From contig CALMFM010000156.1 in NCBI GenBank assembly GCA_937862575.1, positions 2,905 to 66,904 of the forward strand: DNA of 64,000 nucleotides, in the 5' to 3' direction. Under the pieces are notes generated by a model. It saw nothing but the letters and a program-made list of their open reading frames with translations, was not told the DNA's origin and did not search any database. The number at the start of each line of letters is the position of its first letter. The first letter of the stretch is position 1. Shown one piece after another: positions 1 through 9,999 of the stretch. Source of the stretch: an uncultured Bacillota bacterium. GTDB taxonomy: Bacteria; Bacillota_I; Bacilli_A; Izemoplasmatales; Hujiaoplasmataceae. The position numbers and the translations under genes are program-made.

Positions 1-1
1 T

Positions 2-457
2 GACGATTTTAATATGGGTAAAATGTTGGGATATCCGGAGTGCTGTTGCCGAGCATTTGTTGATTACACAAAAAGGTTTCCAGATCCAGTTTTTGAAATT
101 GCCAGGAACACTCCTCAAGCGGAGATTAATGGTGGTTGCAGAATTAAATTAAAAGATATTCCTTGGAAGCTTCAAGTTCATTTAAGATATTTTAATCTTA
201 AGGTTATTCCATTTCTTCCCTGTAATTTCGGTTGTGAGGAAGCGGATAGCGTTTCGGAAGAATGGTATAGAATGATGAAAGAAAAAGATCCTGAAACTTT
301 AAAAATATTAGAATCTTTAATGATTATGCCGTCTACGTGGAGTCTATATAATTCTCAGGTGATAGTAAATAAACCCCCATTTGAATCTTCTGAATTTATA
401 GGGTATGCCGCATCAGGGTATTATCCCACTAAATTAAATATAGAATTTTTAATGTGA
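2..457 (+). CDS. DUF483-like archaeal protein (5'-partial)
   Basis: LGYPECC...F and FLPC..GC motifs; frame is open to the window edge. Confidence 0.55.
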   Translation, partial: DDFNMGKMLGYPECCCRAFVDYTKRFPDPVFEIARNTPQAEINGGCRIKLKDIPWKLQVHLRYFNLKVIPFLPCNFGCEEADSVSEEWYRMMKEKDPETLKILESLMIMPSTWSLYNSQVIVNKPPFESSEFIGYAASGYYPTKLNIEFLM

Positions 458-463
458 TGAACC

Positions 464-1348
464 ATGTCATATAGTTATATTACTATAGATAATTGTAAAT
501 TTAATAGGCATGACGTTGTTTTAGATGGGACGTTGTTAACTGGAATTTTTACAATAAAAAATGCGATATCTGGTGGTTATCCATTTGTAGAAGCTATCGT
601 GTCTGTTTTACCTTTTTGCGACAAACTATTATTAAATGATGGCGGGTCTACAGATGGAACAAAAGAATATCTCCAAAGAATAAAAGGGATGTTTCCAGAT
701 AAAGTTCAAATATTTAATATTCCAGATAAATTTAAAACAAATTGGAAATCGATTGATTTTCAGTTAAATTCTCTTATAAATAAGTGTAGGTCAGAATGGA
801 TTTTTGAAATTCAGGGAGATGAAATTCTAGATACAAAAAATGCTATAAATTTAATAAAAGAACTAAAATTGTCAAAAAATTATAATTCTTTGAGACATAG
901 TAGATTGGATTTAGATTTTGGGTCCGAAGATGTTCATTACGATATGAGAACTATGCGTGTGGTCAGAAATGTTCCCAATTTAAGTTCTTATATTGGTGGA
1001 GATAATTTTCATATTGGAAAAATGGGTTTATCAAGAAAGGGATTTACTCTTCATAATGTTCCTCCCGAAAGAGATGTTTTTTCTTTTTCTTTAAAACATT
1101 ATATAAGATGTTTCCCTGCCTGTGTTGAAGAATGGAAGAGGAGACACGCGGAGGATTTAGCTTCTGACAATACAAATCGAATTAGTATTTTGTTAGAGCG
1201 CAACAAACCAAGATCTAAAAAATATTCTACTGCTCCACTTCATGTTCCAAATATATTAAAAGATATGGTTGGGCAAGATTATTATTTTGTAAGAGAGGAA
1301 TTGTTTGATATAAACTGGTTAAGTAAAGTTACGGGACATAAATATTAA
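464..1348 (+). CDS. glycosyltransferase family 2 (GT-A)
   Basis: NDGGSTDGT motif, WIFEIQGDE (DxD-like). Confidence 0.85.
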   Translation: MSYSYITIDNCKFNRHDVVLDGTLLTGIFTIKNAISGGYPFVEAIVSVLPFCDKLLLNDGGSTDGTKEYLQRIKGMFPDKVQIFNIPDKFKTNWKSIDFQLNSLINKCRSEWIFEIQGDEILDTKNAINLIKELKLSKNYNSLRHSRLDLDFGSEDVHYDMRTMRVVRNVPNLSSYIGGDNFHIGKMGLSRKGFTLHNVPPERDVFSFSLKHYIRCFPACVEEWKRRHAEDLASDNTNRISILLERNKPRSKKYSTAPLHVPNILKDMVGQDYYFVREELFDINWLSKVTGHKY

Positions 1349-1387
1349 CCAATAAATTTAAATATTAAAACGTTTATTAAGTATATT

Positions 1388-1594
1388 ATGTTTCTCCTTT
1401 GTAGAAAGTCTGATCGTGGACAAATAAATATTATTTGTCAGGGAGATTGTGAATCTTTTATAACCCATTATATCAAATATAATCTTTCTGATCGTGATGT
1501 GTCTCGTTATGTGGTTTTGGAACCGAAAGAAATCCCCATTTCGAATTTCATAAAAGATGAAGAAATGGTCCCTTTGGAACCAAAAACGGAATAA
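1388..1594 (+). CDS. hypothetical protein
   Basis: ORF directly after a TATA-like TTTAAATA at ~1357. Confidence 0.55.
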   Translation: MFLLCRKSDRGQINIICQGDCESFITHYIKYNLSDRDVSRYVVLEPKEIPISNFIKDEEMVPLEPKTE

Positions 1595-1633
1595 AGAAAA
1601 AAAATTGCAAAAAGTGCGGAAAACACTAATATA

Positions 1634-1653
1634 TAATTCATATTTTTAAAATA
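1634..1653 (+). promoter_or_regulatory. putative late promoter motif, copy 1
   Basis: TAATTCATATTTTTAAAATA, about 35 nt upstream of ATG 1688. Confidence 0.75.
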
Positions 1654-1687
1654 ATGTTCATATATATTACTTAATTACTATAAAAAC

Positions 1688-2131
1688 ATGACTATTTCTA
1701 TCAATAAAGGCGGGTTCAAAACAATAATTAGTTCTGCGGCTGCAACTGCTTCGGGAACATCAGAAGAATTTTCTTTTTTAAAAGGAACAAAATCTCTTAT
1801 TGTTCAATTGGATGTTACTGCGGCTGCTACAGATGTGGGTGACATACTGGCGGTTTGGTTACAGGGAACAGTTGATGGAACCAATTTTTATGACCTGGGC
1901 CGATTTGCAGATGTATTAGGAAATGGTGGGACAAAACGCTACCTTATGATTCTTAATCGGGAATATGCCGCCGAAAGCGAGATTGTTACTCCTACAGATG
2001 CTACCATGTCTGCGTCTACAGTTAATCAGGGTCCATTTCCTGATACTCTTCGTATAAAATATACTGTCACAGATGCGGGAACGGATAATGCCAGCTTTAC
2101 ATTTTCTGTTAAAATAAACGCAATAAAATAG
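1688..2131 (+). CDS. putative virion decoration/structural protein
   Basis: beta-rich, Ala/Thr-rich; preceded by the late motif. Confidence 0.55.
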   Translation: MTISINKGGFKTIISSAAATASGTSEEFSFLKGTKSLIVQLDVTAAATDVGDILAVWLQGTVDGTNFYDLGRFADVLGNGGTKRYLMILNREYAAESEIVTPTDATMSASTVNQGPFPDTLRIKYTVTDAGTDNASFTFSVKINAIK

Positions 2132-2192
2132 AAATTTAAGGACCGTTACCTTTATATCTTTTTAGGTCATATTAAACTAAAACTCTTTTAGG

Positions 2193-2630
2193 GTGATTCT
2201 TAATATGAAGGAAACGAACTGGACTCTTTTTAATTCGCAAGAAGAAGTGATTAAAACTATTAATCTCGACTTGTTTAATTTGAGAAAGCAAAAATATCCT
2301 GAATATGGAGATTCATATTACAAATATTATATAGAATTTGGTATGAATGGGATGGTTGGAGATCTTTATAGAAAATTTGATCGTCTTAAGAATATGGCGA
2401 AGGTTTATTCTGAGCAAGACGTAATTGATAAAGAGAAGGAAATTAAGGATCAGTTTTATGATATTATAAGTTATTGCCAGCTCCAGCTTTATTTCCTTGA
2501 AAATGAAAAATGGGGGCCGAATAGAAAGATTCATTCTCATAAAATAACATCAAGTAGCGGCAACGATTATGGAGATTATGTTCGCGGCTTTCCTAATTAT
2601 TATCCTAATTCTTATATTCTTCTCTGGTGA
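2193..2630 (+). CDS. DUF1599 / nucleotide-modification-associated (Nmad1-like) all-alpha protein
   Basis: K...YGDS...G...DL..K..RL....D...DI.SY pattern; likely start is ATG 2205 after GGTGA. Confidence 0.6.
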   Translation: MILNMKETNWTLFNSQEEVIKTINLDLFNLRKQKYPEYGDSYYKYYIEFGMNGMVGDLYRKFDRLKNMAKVYSEQDVIDKEKEIKDQFYDIISYCQLQLYFLENEKWGPNRKIHSHKITSSSGNDYGDYVRGFPNYYPNSYILLW

Positions 2631-2637
2631 TAAACTT

Positions 2638-3294
2638 ATGCCACCTAAAATTATCTCTACAAGCCAGGTCAATCTTTACAGAAATTGTCCCAGAGCTTAT
2701 TATTTAAAATATATCATAGGACTTAAATCTCCAATAGCGTCACCCCAATTAGAATTTGGCTCGAAAATTCATTCAATGATTTCGCAACGTAATTTTGTTT
2801 CTGAAGATGTTAGAGAACAGGAACAATTACTTCGCGCACAGAAGTTTTTAGAGTGTTTACCTTCTGGTGGGATTGCGGAAACGAGTTATGAGGATAAAAA
2901 TAATCCCGCGAGGTTTTATGGAGATATAAGTGGGAAACGGGCCGTGGCGGTTTTTGATTGGTTATGGGAACCAGACGATTGTATTGGTCTTGATTGGAAA
3001 ACTGGTGTTTTTCATAAGACATATTCTGATCAATATGAAATTCAAGGATATTTTTTGTCGGAACTTTATAAACAGAAATATGACGTTCCTATGAAAAGGC
3101 TTATTTTTAAGTTTCTGGGGGATGATGTTACCTATGAAGCTCAGTTGCTAAGGGATGAAAAGATATATAAAAAAGCCGAAAGAGCAATAAAAAATTCTTT
3201 GTCTAATATAGAGAAAGAGAAATTTGAAAAGAAATGTAGCGGAAGATGTTCTTTCTGTGACATGAATGTGTTTTGTTGCATGGACTGTTTTTGA
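2638..3294 (+). CDS. Cas4/AddB-like PD-(D/E)XK exonuclease with Fe-S cysteines
   Basis: S.SQ....CPR.Y, FGSKIH, DWKTG, C-terminal C..RC.FC.....C. Confidence 0.85.
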   Translation: MPPKIISTSQVNLYRNCPRAYYLKYIIGLKSPIASPQLEFGSKIHSMISQRNFVSEDVREQEQLLRAQKFLECLPSGGIAETSYEDKNNPARFYGDISGKRAVAVFDWLWEPDDCIGLDWKTGVFHKTYSDQYEIQGYFLSELYKQKYDVPMKRLIFKFLGDDVTYEAQLLRDEKIYKKAERAIKNSLSNIEKEKFEKKCSGRCSFCDMNVFCCMDCF

Positions 3295-3575
3295 TGGTCG
3301 AAAATAATCCTAAATATTGTCCTCGATGGTCTCAAATAACGGGAGTTGAAACGGAGTGCTTAAAAGAAGAATGTACCCGTTATGTTCCTGCTCAAGAGAT
3401 AGACGGAAAGATTGTTGAGGGTTCCTGTATCGATTTTTGTTTTTTGGATTTTTTAAGTAGTTTAGTGGTCTCTCTCGGAGTTATATCTGGGCAGGTGGTA
3501 ATTGATTATAGTCAAAGTCAGGAAAACGAAGAGTCTCCATCAAAAGATGATAAAGGTGATGATTTATACGTCTAA
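3294..3575 (+). CDS. small Cys-rich protein
   Basis: CP....ECLKEEC..Y...C; TGATG coupling to the nuclease; resembles 44593-44763. Confidence 0.6.
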   Translation: MVENNPKYCPRWSQITGVETECLKEECTRYVPAQEIDGKIVEGSCIDFCFLDFLSSLVVSLGVISGQVVIDYSQSQENEESPSKDDKGDDLYV

Positions 3576-3774
3576 GTTTAATGACTTTATAATATATTTT
3601 TTTGTGATTTTGAGTGGAATAATAGGTATTTTGGTAGGAGAACTCTGGAGTGCAGTATTTTGGCCCGGATGGATTGCAACGAGTTTAAGTTTGGGAGGGG
3701 CATTTGTTCTATTGTGTGCTCTTTCCGCCATTTCTTCTTCGTTGGCGAGGTGGGTTCGTGAAAAAAAGATGTAA
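3502..3774 (+). CDS. small two-TM membrane protein
   Basis: two hydrophobic stretches; true start probably near 3556-3560. Confidence 0.55.
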   Translation: MIIVKVRKTKSLHQKMIKVMIYTSKFNDFIIYFFVILSGIIGILVGELWSAVFWPGWIATSLSLGGAFVLLCALSAISSSLARWVREKKM

Positions 3775-3889
3775 ACGGTGTGGTTCAAAAGTACAATCCA
3801 GAGAGTCGAATTTGTGTTCTGCGTGTGAAGATGAAATTATTTCTATTAAATTTAGAAAATATAAAAAGAGGGAGAATATTAATGGATGA
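3758..3889 (+). CDS. small zinc-finger protein
   Basis: GTG after GAGGTG; CKRC...CSAC. Confidence 0.5.
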   Translation: MKKRCKRCGSKVQSRESNLCSACEDEIISIKFRKYKKRENING

Positions 3890-3973
3890 CAATGCGGAGT
3901 AATCAATTGTTAGAATGTTCTATATAATTTTTCGAATAGAAACCTATAAATATTATAATATTTATTATCTAAT

Positions 3974-4381
3974 ATGCCTTTTAAGTCTAAAAATAAAAGA
4001 AAATTATATCTAAAGGCTTGGAAAAAAAGAAATAGAAAAAAACAAAGAGAATATAATGCAAAATGGAGAGCGAAGTTAAAAGAATGGTATATAAATTATA
4101 AAAATTCTTCTCCGTGTGTTATTTGCGGCGAAAATCGGACTTCTGTTCTTGAGGCGCATCACGTTTTTCCCAAAGAAAAATGTTTTAGTCTTTTTGAGGG
4201 AATAAAATCTGGGTATTCTATTAAGAAACTGGAACTTGAAGCGAGAAAATGTATAATAGTTTGTTGTCTTTGTCATCGCTTATACCATACAAATTCTCTT
4301 AACGAAGAAGAACAGAAAAAATGGGATAAAGAAATAGAAATATTCGAAAATTTAAAAAAAAGAAAAATGGGGTTAATATGA
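3974..4381 (+). CDS. HNH endonuclease-like protein
   Basis: CVICG...EAHH...KC..VC.LCH..YH; own BRE/TATA (GAAACCTATAAATA) at ~3939. Confidence 0.75.
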   Translation: MPFKSKNKRKLYLKAWKKRNRKKQREYNAKWRAKLKEWYINYKNSSPCVICGENRTSVLEAHHVFPKEKCFSLFEGIKSGYSIKKLELEARKCIIVCCLCHRLYHTNSLNEEEQKKWDKEIEIFENLKKRKMGLI

Positions 4382-4833
4382 AACCAATTAGAGTTTTGAA
4401 TGTTGTAAAGAAAGATGGCTATGAAATTAGAAGTGAAGAATATGATGGGTCAGAGTTTGGAATAGGGGAAAATATTGTTCTGGAAATGGCGTATACCCCT
4501 TCAGGAGATTATATTGGGAACCCGAAAGATGCGAAAAATTTGGTGGAGAAATATGGAATAGCTCCTGAAAAAGCTGCTCCAACTCACTCTGTTTGTTCAA
4601 TTGGGTGGGCGGAACGAAGTCAAAAATATTATGGGTGGAGTCATCGTGTGATTTGTGGATTTGAGGTCGGGCATATAGTAAAAGAGGGAGATTTAACGAG
4701 TAGTTCAGGGTGGACACAGGAATATTTAAAGGAACATCCTGAAAAAGATTTAAGTCTTCCGATTGGTTTTGTTGCTAAGACCAAAGATGATTGTAGAAGA
4801 ATGGCAATAGCTTTTGCTGAATCTGTGTCGTGA
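4378..4833 (+). CDS. hypothetical protein
   Basis: 151-aa ORF with ATGA-type coupling. Confidence 0.7.
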   Translation: MKPIRVLNVVKKDGYEIRSEEYDGSEFGIGENIVLEMAYTPSGDYIGNPKDAKNLVEKYGIAPEKAAPTHSVCSIGWAERSQKYYGWSHRVICGFEVGHIVKEGDLTSSSGWTQEYLKEHPEKDLSLPIGFVAKTKDDCRRMAIAFAESVS

Positions 4834-4839
4834 TAAAAA

Positions 4840-5130
4840 ATGTTACAACTTTTTTATTTGGCTTCAGAAGATCATATATTTTATAGATTATATAAAGCTC
4901 TTCCTGGAACTAAAGTTTATTTCAAATCTTCCGATAGTTCTATCTATATTGAGCAGGATGAGGGGGATGATCTTGTCTTAGAAATATCCAGATCTGAGGC
5001 TGAATTGAGGTTTGATGTTTATAAGGAACACGATTACAAAAAGGAGTTTGGGGATAACTGGGCAAAAGCAAGATATGTTTGTTTTGCGGTTCATTTTAAT
5101 AACTTCTATCCATTAGTGCTAGATAATTGA
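4840..5130 (+). CDS. hypothetical protein
   Basis: 96-aa ORF in operon. Confidence 0.6.
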   Translation: MLQLFYLASEDHIFYRLYKALPGTKVYFKSSDSSIYIEQDEGDDLVLEISRSEAELRFDVYKEHDYKKEFGDNWAKARYVCFAVHFNNFYPLVLDN

Positions 5131-5231
5131 CGTTGTTGTATTTATATGCGGTCTATTTTGAATTCTGTAGAGGCCAGATTTGTTTGTTTTTGATATGATA
5201 AACCTCGACAGGAATTTTTTCTTTTTTTATT

Positions 5232-5251
5232 TAATTCATTTTTTTAAATTA
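5232..5251 (+). promoter_or_regulatory. putative late promoter motif, copy 2
   Basis: TAATTCA-T run-AAATTA upstream of the capsid operon. Confidence 0.75.
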
Positions 5252-5283
5252 TCATTTATCTTGTTTTGGTGTTTCTCTTTTTA

Positions 5284-6477
5284 ATGCGTTTTGCTGCGAG
5301 CTTTCCAAAAGAAAATGTTACTTTTGAAAACGGTGCATCTTCGGCATTGAAAGTTGAGGTCCTTGCTGTAGTTCCATCTATAAATTTACCATTGAGAAAT
5401 GAAAATGGTGAAGCTGTTGCAACATTTGAGGCTACCGAAGATCTCATTCGTGGTGCGATTTCTACTTTTAAAGGAGGAATATTCAATGTCGATCATAAAT
5501 CTATTCCAGAAACCATGATTGGCGTTTTCGACGCAGCAATTTACGATGATGGGTTCAAGGTTTCGGGTTCGGTTTTGTGTCCCATCTGGAAAGAAAAAAT
5601 TCAGTCTGGAGATTATTCTGGTATTTCTATTGAGGGTGTTATCTCTGGTGAAATGACAAATCCAGATTCAATAGAAATATATGCTATTTCTTTTTTGAGT
5701 ATTGAAGAAAATAGTCAGGGCGGAGCTTGTCCATTAAAGGATGAAGATGGAAATTCGGTTTGTAACGTGGAAATTGTTCAAACCGAGGCCATAGCCGCTT
5801 CTTCTCCAGAAGTTGTTGACGAAGATAATATTGATAATTCTGATAAAGGTGAACAAGTAATGAAGAAAAAGAAAGAAGAAGAGGTTGAGGTTAAAGTAGA
5901 AGCTTCTGGTGAGGAAGAAGTTCATTCTCCCGAAGTTCAGACTGAGGCCAATACCGAGATTAAAGCTTCTGTTCCAGAGGTTGTTCCAGAGGTTGTTTCA
6001 GAAGAAACTCCTCTTCCCAATCCCGAAATCGAGGTTGCTCCTCCTCAGCCTGTCGCAAAGACAATTGATTGGGAATTGGTGTCTCAGGAAATTGGGATTA
6101 AGTCTAAAGAAGAGTTTTCTAAGATAAAAGAAACTGCGGATAAGGTTTCTTCTCTCGAAGAAAAAATTGACGCTATTCTTAAAGAGAATTCTGATCTCCG
6201 TTCTTATAAAGACGATCAAACTAAGAAAATGCTTCAGGAAATATATCCTCCTGCTATTACACAAGATATCGCTGCCGCATTTGCGGAATATGTTAAAGAT
6301 CCCATTGCTTTTACGCAGAAATATGCTGAAGATGCCGTGAAATTTGCTGCGGCTAAGTCGGTCGAGCTTAAGGGTTCGGCTGTAGAGTCTGAAGAAACCG
6401 AAGAAGTTAGGAAAATGGCGGCCAGAAAAGCAAAGCGTGATGGATTCTTGGCTGCTACTGGTGGACCAGTTGTATAA
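5284..6477 (+). CDS. prohead protease/scaffold protein
   Basis: NVDH and YSGISIEG protease-like motifs, acidic linker, coiled-coil C-terminus; precedes cement and MCP. Confidence 0.7.
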   Translation: MRFAASFPKENVTFENGASSALKVEVLAVVPSINLPLRNENGEAVATFEATEDLIRGAISTFKGGIFNVDHKSIPETMIGVFDAAIYDDGFKVSGSVLCPIWKEKIQSGDYSGISIEGVISGEMTNPDSIEIYAISFLSIEENSQGGACPLKDEDGNSVCNVEIVQTEAIAASSPEVVDEDNIDNSDKGEQVMKKKKEEEVEVKVEASGEEEVHSPEVQTEANTEIKASVPEVVPEVVSEETPLPNPEIEVAPPQPVAKTIDWELVSQEIGIKSKEEFSKIKETADKVSSLEEKIDAILKENSDLRSYKDDQTKKMLQEIYPPAITQDIAAAFAEYVKDPIAFTQKYAEDAVKFAAAKSVELKGSAVESEETEEVRKMAARKAKRDGFLAATGGPVV

Positions 6478-6505
6478 TAAAATTTACTTAAGGTGTGACA
6501 AATAG

Positions 6506-7141
6506 ATGGCAACCGTTTATGATTCGATGGCATTAAAGACTGTAACTAATCAGTCTCAAACTGCTGTAAACGCCCCGATTATTGTTGATGCTTGGCTGGA
6601 AGAGGGTGCGATTACCGTAGCTTCTACCAAGACATATTCTAATGGTGGGGCTTTACTTGATAGACCTCTTTATTCCTGGGCATCTCAAATAAGTTACGAT
6701 GATGATCCTACAGCGCCAGATTTCGTAACTCTAGCAACGAGCGATTCTGCATATACTTATTCTGGATTGCAGGGGAAAATAATTCTGTCTGCTCAGGGAA
6801 CTAACACAAATCCAATTGTCGGCGTGATTGGAAGCGATCCTATCGGCCCAGTGAGGATTCCTGTAAATTCCGCTGCTGCTGATACCGTTGCCGAAAGAGT
6901 TGCGGGCCTATATCTAAGGCATACTCAAGTAACCCTGTTTGGTTTTGCTTATTATCCTGTTGCTGTAGAGGCTACTACCGATATTGCCGTTGGAGATCAT
7001 TTGCTGTATGACAATTCTGATGCCCTTTGGAAGAAAGATGGTGCAGCCGCATCACCTGTAATTTCCTGTCATGTGGCTACTGATGCAAGCGGTCAGTACG
7101 TTGGCGCGCTTTTCTACGGAATTCCGACGACCCAGGCTTAA
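6506..7141 (+). CDS. capsid cement/minor capsid protein
   Basis: position between scaffold and MCP; IAVGD motif. Confidence 0.6.
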   Translation: MATVYDSMALKTVTNQSQTAVNAPIIVDAWLEEGAITVASTKTYSNGGALLDRPLYSWASQISYDDDPTAPDFVTLATSDSAYTYSGLQGKIILSAQGTNTNPIVGVIGSDPIGPVRIPVNSAAADTVAERVAGLYLRHTQVTLFGFAYYPVAVEATTDIAVGDHLLYDNSDALWKKDGAAASPVISCHVATDASGQYVGALFYGIPTTQA

Positions 7142-7156
7142 GGAGTGAAAAAAACA

Positions 7157-8119
7157 ATGGCAAGCAAACCTAATACTGATCTATATAAAGATAAAGAAAC
7201 CGTTAGCGATTTAATTCGCGAATTTATGGTTCCAAATCTTCCTATGTTGTGGAAGTATCCATTTAAGGAGATTAGCACTCAGGCCATAATTGCAAAGAGA
7301 AAGACTTATACTGCGGATACCGATCCCAAGAAGGTAGAACCTTCTCTTGGTGGAACTCGGGAGACTTCTTGGAACAACGTTTCTATTACATTGGGAGAAG
7401 CGGTTCCTATTAATACTGCAATAAGAAAAGCTGGAACTGCATTCAAGAAGAACGATATCGAGAATCCAACGTTCGAGTCTGATGTAAGAGATGTTTATAC
7501 TCAAATGGGCTGGGTTATTGCAGATCAGATTAATACCGACATTTTTACTCAGCTTATTGCTGGGAAAGATGCGTCCACTACTAATCTAGATTTGAAGGCT
7601 GGCGGGGCTTGGTCTGGATCTGCCGATCCTCTTGGTGACATCAGGGCTATTGCTCAGGACATTAGAGCCAATCGCGGATTTAAGCTTGATACAGTGGTCG
7701 TAAATGCTACCAATTACTTTGAGTTTTTCGATCATGTAGAAACGAGTGATGCGGACAGGGATTATATAAGAGAAAAGGTTGCCGTTCAGAGAGAATTCTA
7801 TAGTATGGTTACTTACATTAAAAATATAGGATGTACTCTTATCGGTGTAGACGAGGGAGTAACCGAGAGTAATATTCTTGGTATTGGTACATATATGGGA
7901 TCTCCTTGCTACGAAACCTTCTCTTATCACGATAAGGATTTCGGGGTTCGTCCCATTGCTGACGGAAATTCTCAAGGGATTGGGCCAGCAAACATTCCCC
8001 TAAATGTAAATTTGTTTGATTCCGTAGATGGTTTTGAACATAATGTGTATGCTTGGGTCGATTCTGTAACTCATGTCGCCAGACCAAAAGGAATTCTTTA
8101 TCAGACTGGCATAATTTAA
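7157..8119 (+). CDS. major capsid protein (HK97 fold)
   Basis: ~320 aa; WS...DPLGDI, DTVVVN, C-terminal RPKGI; strong SD; synteny. Confidence 0.75.
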   Translation: MASKPNTDLYKDKETVSDLIREFMVPNLPMLWKYPFKEISTQAIIAKRKTYTADTDPKKVEPSLGGTRETSWNNVSITLGEAVPINTAIRKAGTAFKKNDIENPTFESDVRDVYTQMGWVIADQINTDIFTQLIAGKDASTTNLDLKAGGAWSGSADPLGDIRAIAQDIRANRGFKLDTVVVNATNYFEFFDHVETSDADRDYIREKVAVQREFYSMVTYIKNIGCTLIGVDEGVTESNILGIGTYMGSPCYETFSYHDKDFGVRPIADGNSQGIGPANIPLNVNLFDSVDGFEHNVYAWVDSVTHVARPKGILYQTGII

Positions 8120-8158
8120 ATGCTAGTCTCATAATCCATTTTTAGAGGTTTTTTTATT

Positions 8159-8578
8159 ATGTATAAGAAGAAAGAGGAAATAAAGAAAGATGATGAGATT
8201 GGAGATGTTGTAGCACAAAAAGAAGATTCTCCAATTAAGACTGAAATTATAACGGGAAATTATATTCTTCGTGTAGAGGGACTTGTTAATCAGATTCAGA
8301 AAGAATTGGAAAAGGTTCCTTCGGGAGATATTCCCGTTAAAGTTCTTCATGAGGCGGCTGATATTAGAAGTTTTGGCAAGCGGTCTTATTTGTTTTTCAT
8401 GGAAAAGTCTAAAAATTCTAATGAAAAGATTCTTCTTGTTGATGCGGTTGGCCTTGAGGAATTAAGCAGGAAAGTTAAGGATATTTATGGAAAGTATAGA
8501 TTGATTGATGTGGTGTCTCAATCTATGAATAAAAGGCCACAGAGTAAAAAGATTTATCTTGCGATCTTTGTAGGTTAA
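8159..8578 (+). CDS. hypothetical protein
   Basis: 139-aa ORF after MCP. Confidence 0.65.
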   Translation: MYKKKEEIKKDDEIGDVVAQKEDSPIKTEIITGNYILRVEGLVNQIQKELEKVPSGDIPVKVLHEAADIRSFGKRSYLFFMEKSKNSNEKILLVDAVGLEELSRKVKDIYGKYRLIDVVSQSMNKRPQSKKIYLAIFVG

Positions 8579-8705
8579 TTAAGAATAAAATAGGTTAAAA
8601 AAGATGACCATTACTACTAAAAAGATGTATACTTACGAAAATAGGGTGCGTGGTTCATATGGTTTTCTTTAGTTTAATCTATTTAGATTTGAGGAGGAGA
8701 AAACA

Positions 8706-9383
8706 ATGACAAAGAAAGTTGTAATTAATATTTGCAGTATAAGAAATCCAGATTGGGCATCAATAAATTCTATTTTTGGTGTATGGATGTCTGCAAATAA
8801 TGATTTACAAATCAGTTTTGGTAATGAGAGTCAAGATTCTTTGATTTGTAGAGCAAGATCTATTGTAGCAAGCGAATTTTTGACTCAAACCGATGCCGAT
8901 GTTTTATTATTTATCGACGATGATATAGTTTGGAATCCTGATGCAATTAAACAGATCGTGGATGAAGCTATTGCACAGAAAACTATTATTTGTGGGGCAT
9001 ATAGGATAAAAAATCTAAAGGAACATCGACTAGCTATTCATTATTTAAATGATGACCCTATAACAATTGGACCTAATGCGCCTGGACTGGTGGAAGTTAA
9101 ATATGCCTCTTCTGGTTTTATGGCAATTCCAAGAAATGTTTTGAAATCTGTGTCGGAAACCTTACCTTTGGTAGATTCTGGAGCTGGAAACAAACCCGAT
9201 GGAACTCCGAATTGTTTATTTTATCCGTTTTTCCATCCATTTTATCCAGAAGGAACATATCTTTCAGAAGACTATGCTTTTTGTCATAGAGCTAGAGATT
9301 TAGGTTTTAAAATTTATATTGATACAAAAATTAGTTTGGGTCATATTGGAAAATGTACGTTTTGGCCGGATAGGGTAGAATAA
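8706..9383 (+). CDS. phage-type GT-A glycosyltransferase
   Basis: SLICRARS, LLFIDDDI, GFMAI.R, LSEDYAFC, LGHIG; GAGGAGG SD. Confidence 0.8.
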   Translation: MTKKVVINICSIRNPDWASINSIFGVWMSANNDLQISFGNESQDSLICRARSIVASEFLTQTDADVLLFIDDDIVWNPDAIKQIVDEAIAQKTIICGAYRIKNLKEHRLAIHYLNDDPITIGPNAPGLVEVKYASSGFMAIPRNVLKSVSETLPLVDSGAGNKPDGTPNCLFYPFFHPFYPEGTYLSEDYAFCHRARDLGFKIYIDTKISLGHIGKCTFWPDRVE

Positions 9384-9404
9384 ATTAAATGGGGTATATG
9401 AGAA

Positions 9405-9833
9405 ATGACAACAACTTATTATTGGACCGCATGGCTTCGAAATAAAGCTATGGATTATGCGTTTAGTGCTGCGGCCTGGACTCCTCCCGCTACGCTTTGG
9501 GTAGGATTAGCTGAGTCGGTTGCTGATAATGGAGAAATAACGGGGGAACCGTCTGGGAGTAATTATGGAAGAGTTTCTTTTACTAATAATGTAGAAAATC
9601 TTCCGGCTGCGTCCAGTGGTGCTAAATTTGTAAACATCAATATCGTGTTTAACGCAGCAACGGGATCATGGGGAACTCCAACGGTTGCTTTCCTTTCGGA
9701 TTCGGAGACCGGAAATACCAATACCCTTCTTTGGGGCACAATTAGTAATTCTCGTGCTATTGGTTCTGGAGATACTGTGTATTTTGCTCCTGGTGCGGAT
9801 ATCAATATTGCCTTGACTGGTGTAGAGAGCTAA
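9405..9833 (+). CDS. virion structural (tail-fibre-associated) protein
   Basis: E.SG..YGRV...ATGSWGT...D..TG..LLWG...I.SGD pattern typical of small phage minor tail proteins. Confidence 0.65.
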   Translation: MTTTYYWTAWLRNKAMDYAFSAAAWTPPATLWVGLAESVADNGEITGEPSGSNYGRVSFTNNVENLPAASSGAKFVNINIVFNAATGSWGTPTVAFLSDSETGNTNTLLWGTISNSRAIGSGDTVYFAPGADINIALTGVES

Positions 9834-9845
9834 ATAAAAAATATT

Positions 9846-9885
9846 ATTTTATAGGAATAATTATAAATAATTATTCCTATAAAAT
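9846..9885. repeat. perfect inverted repeat, 19-bp arms with 2-nt spacer
   Basis: ATTTTATAGGAATAATTAT-AA-ATAATTATTCCTATAAAAT. Confidence 0.9.
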
Positions 9886-9999
9886 CAATAGAATAATTAA
9901 AAAGCGGGCTTGAAACAAGTGTAACGCGGAGAGATTCATTTGAATACTATGTGTTTGTGTGGTTTTTTAGAGAGGATAAGAATTTTTGAGGTGGTTTAA

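Noticed and set aside
2638-3294. CRISPR-Cas adaptation locus
   Set aside because: A solo Cas4-like nuclease is common in viruses; no cas1/cas2 or array is present.
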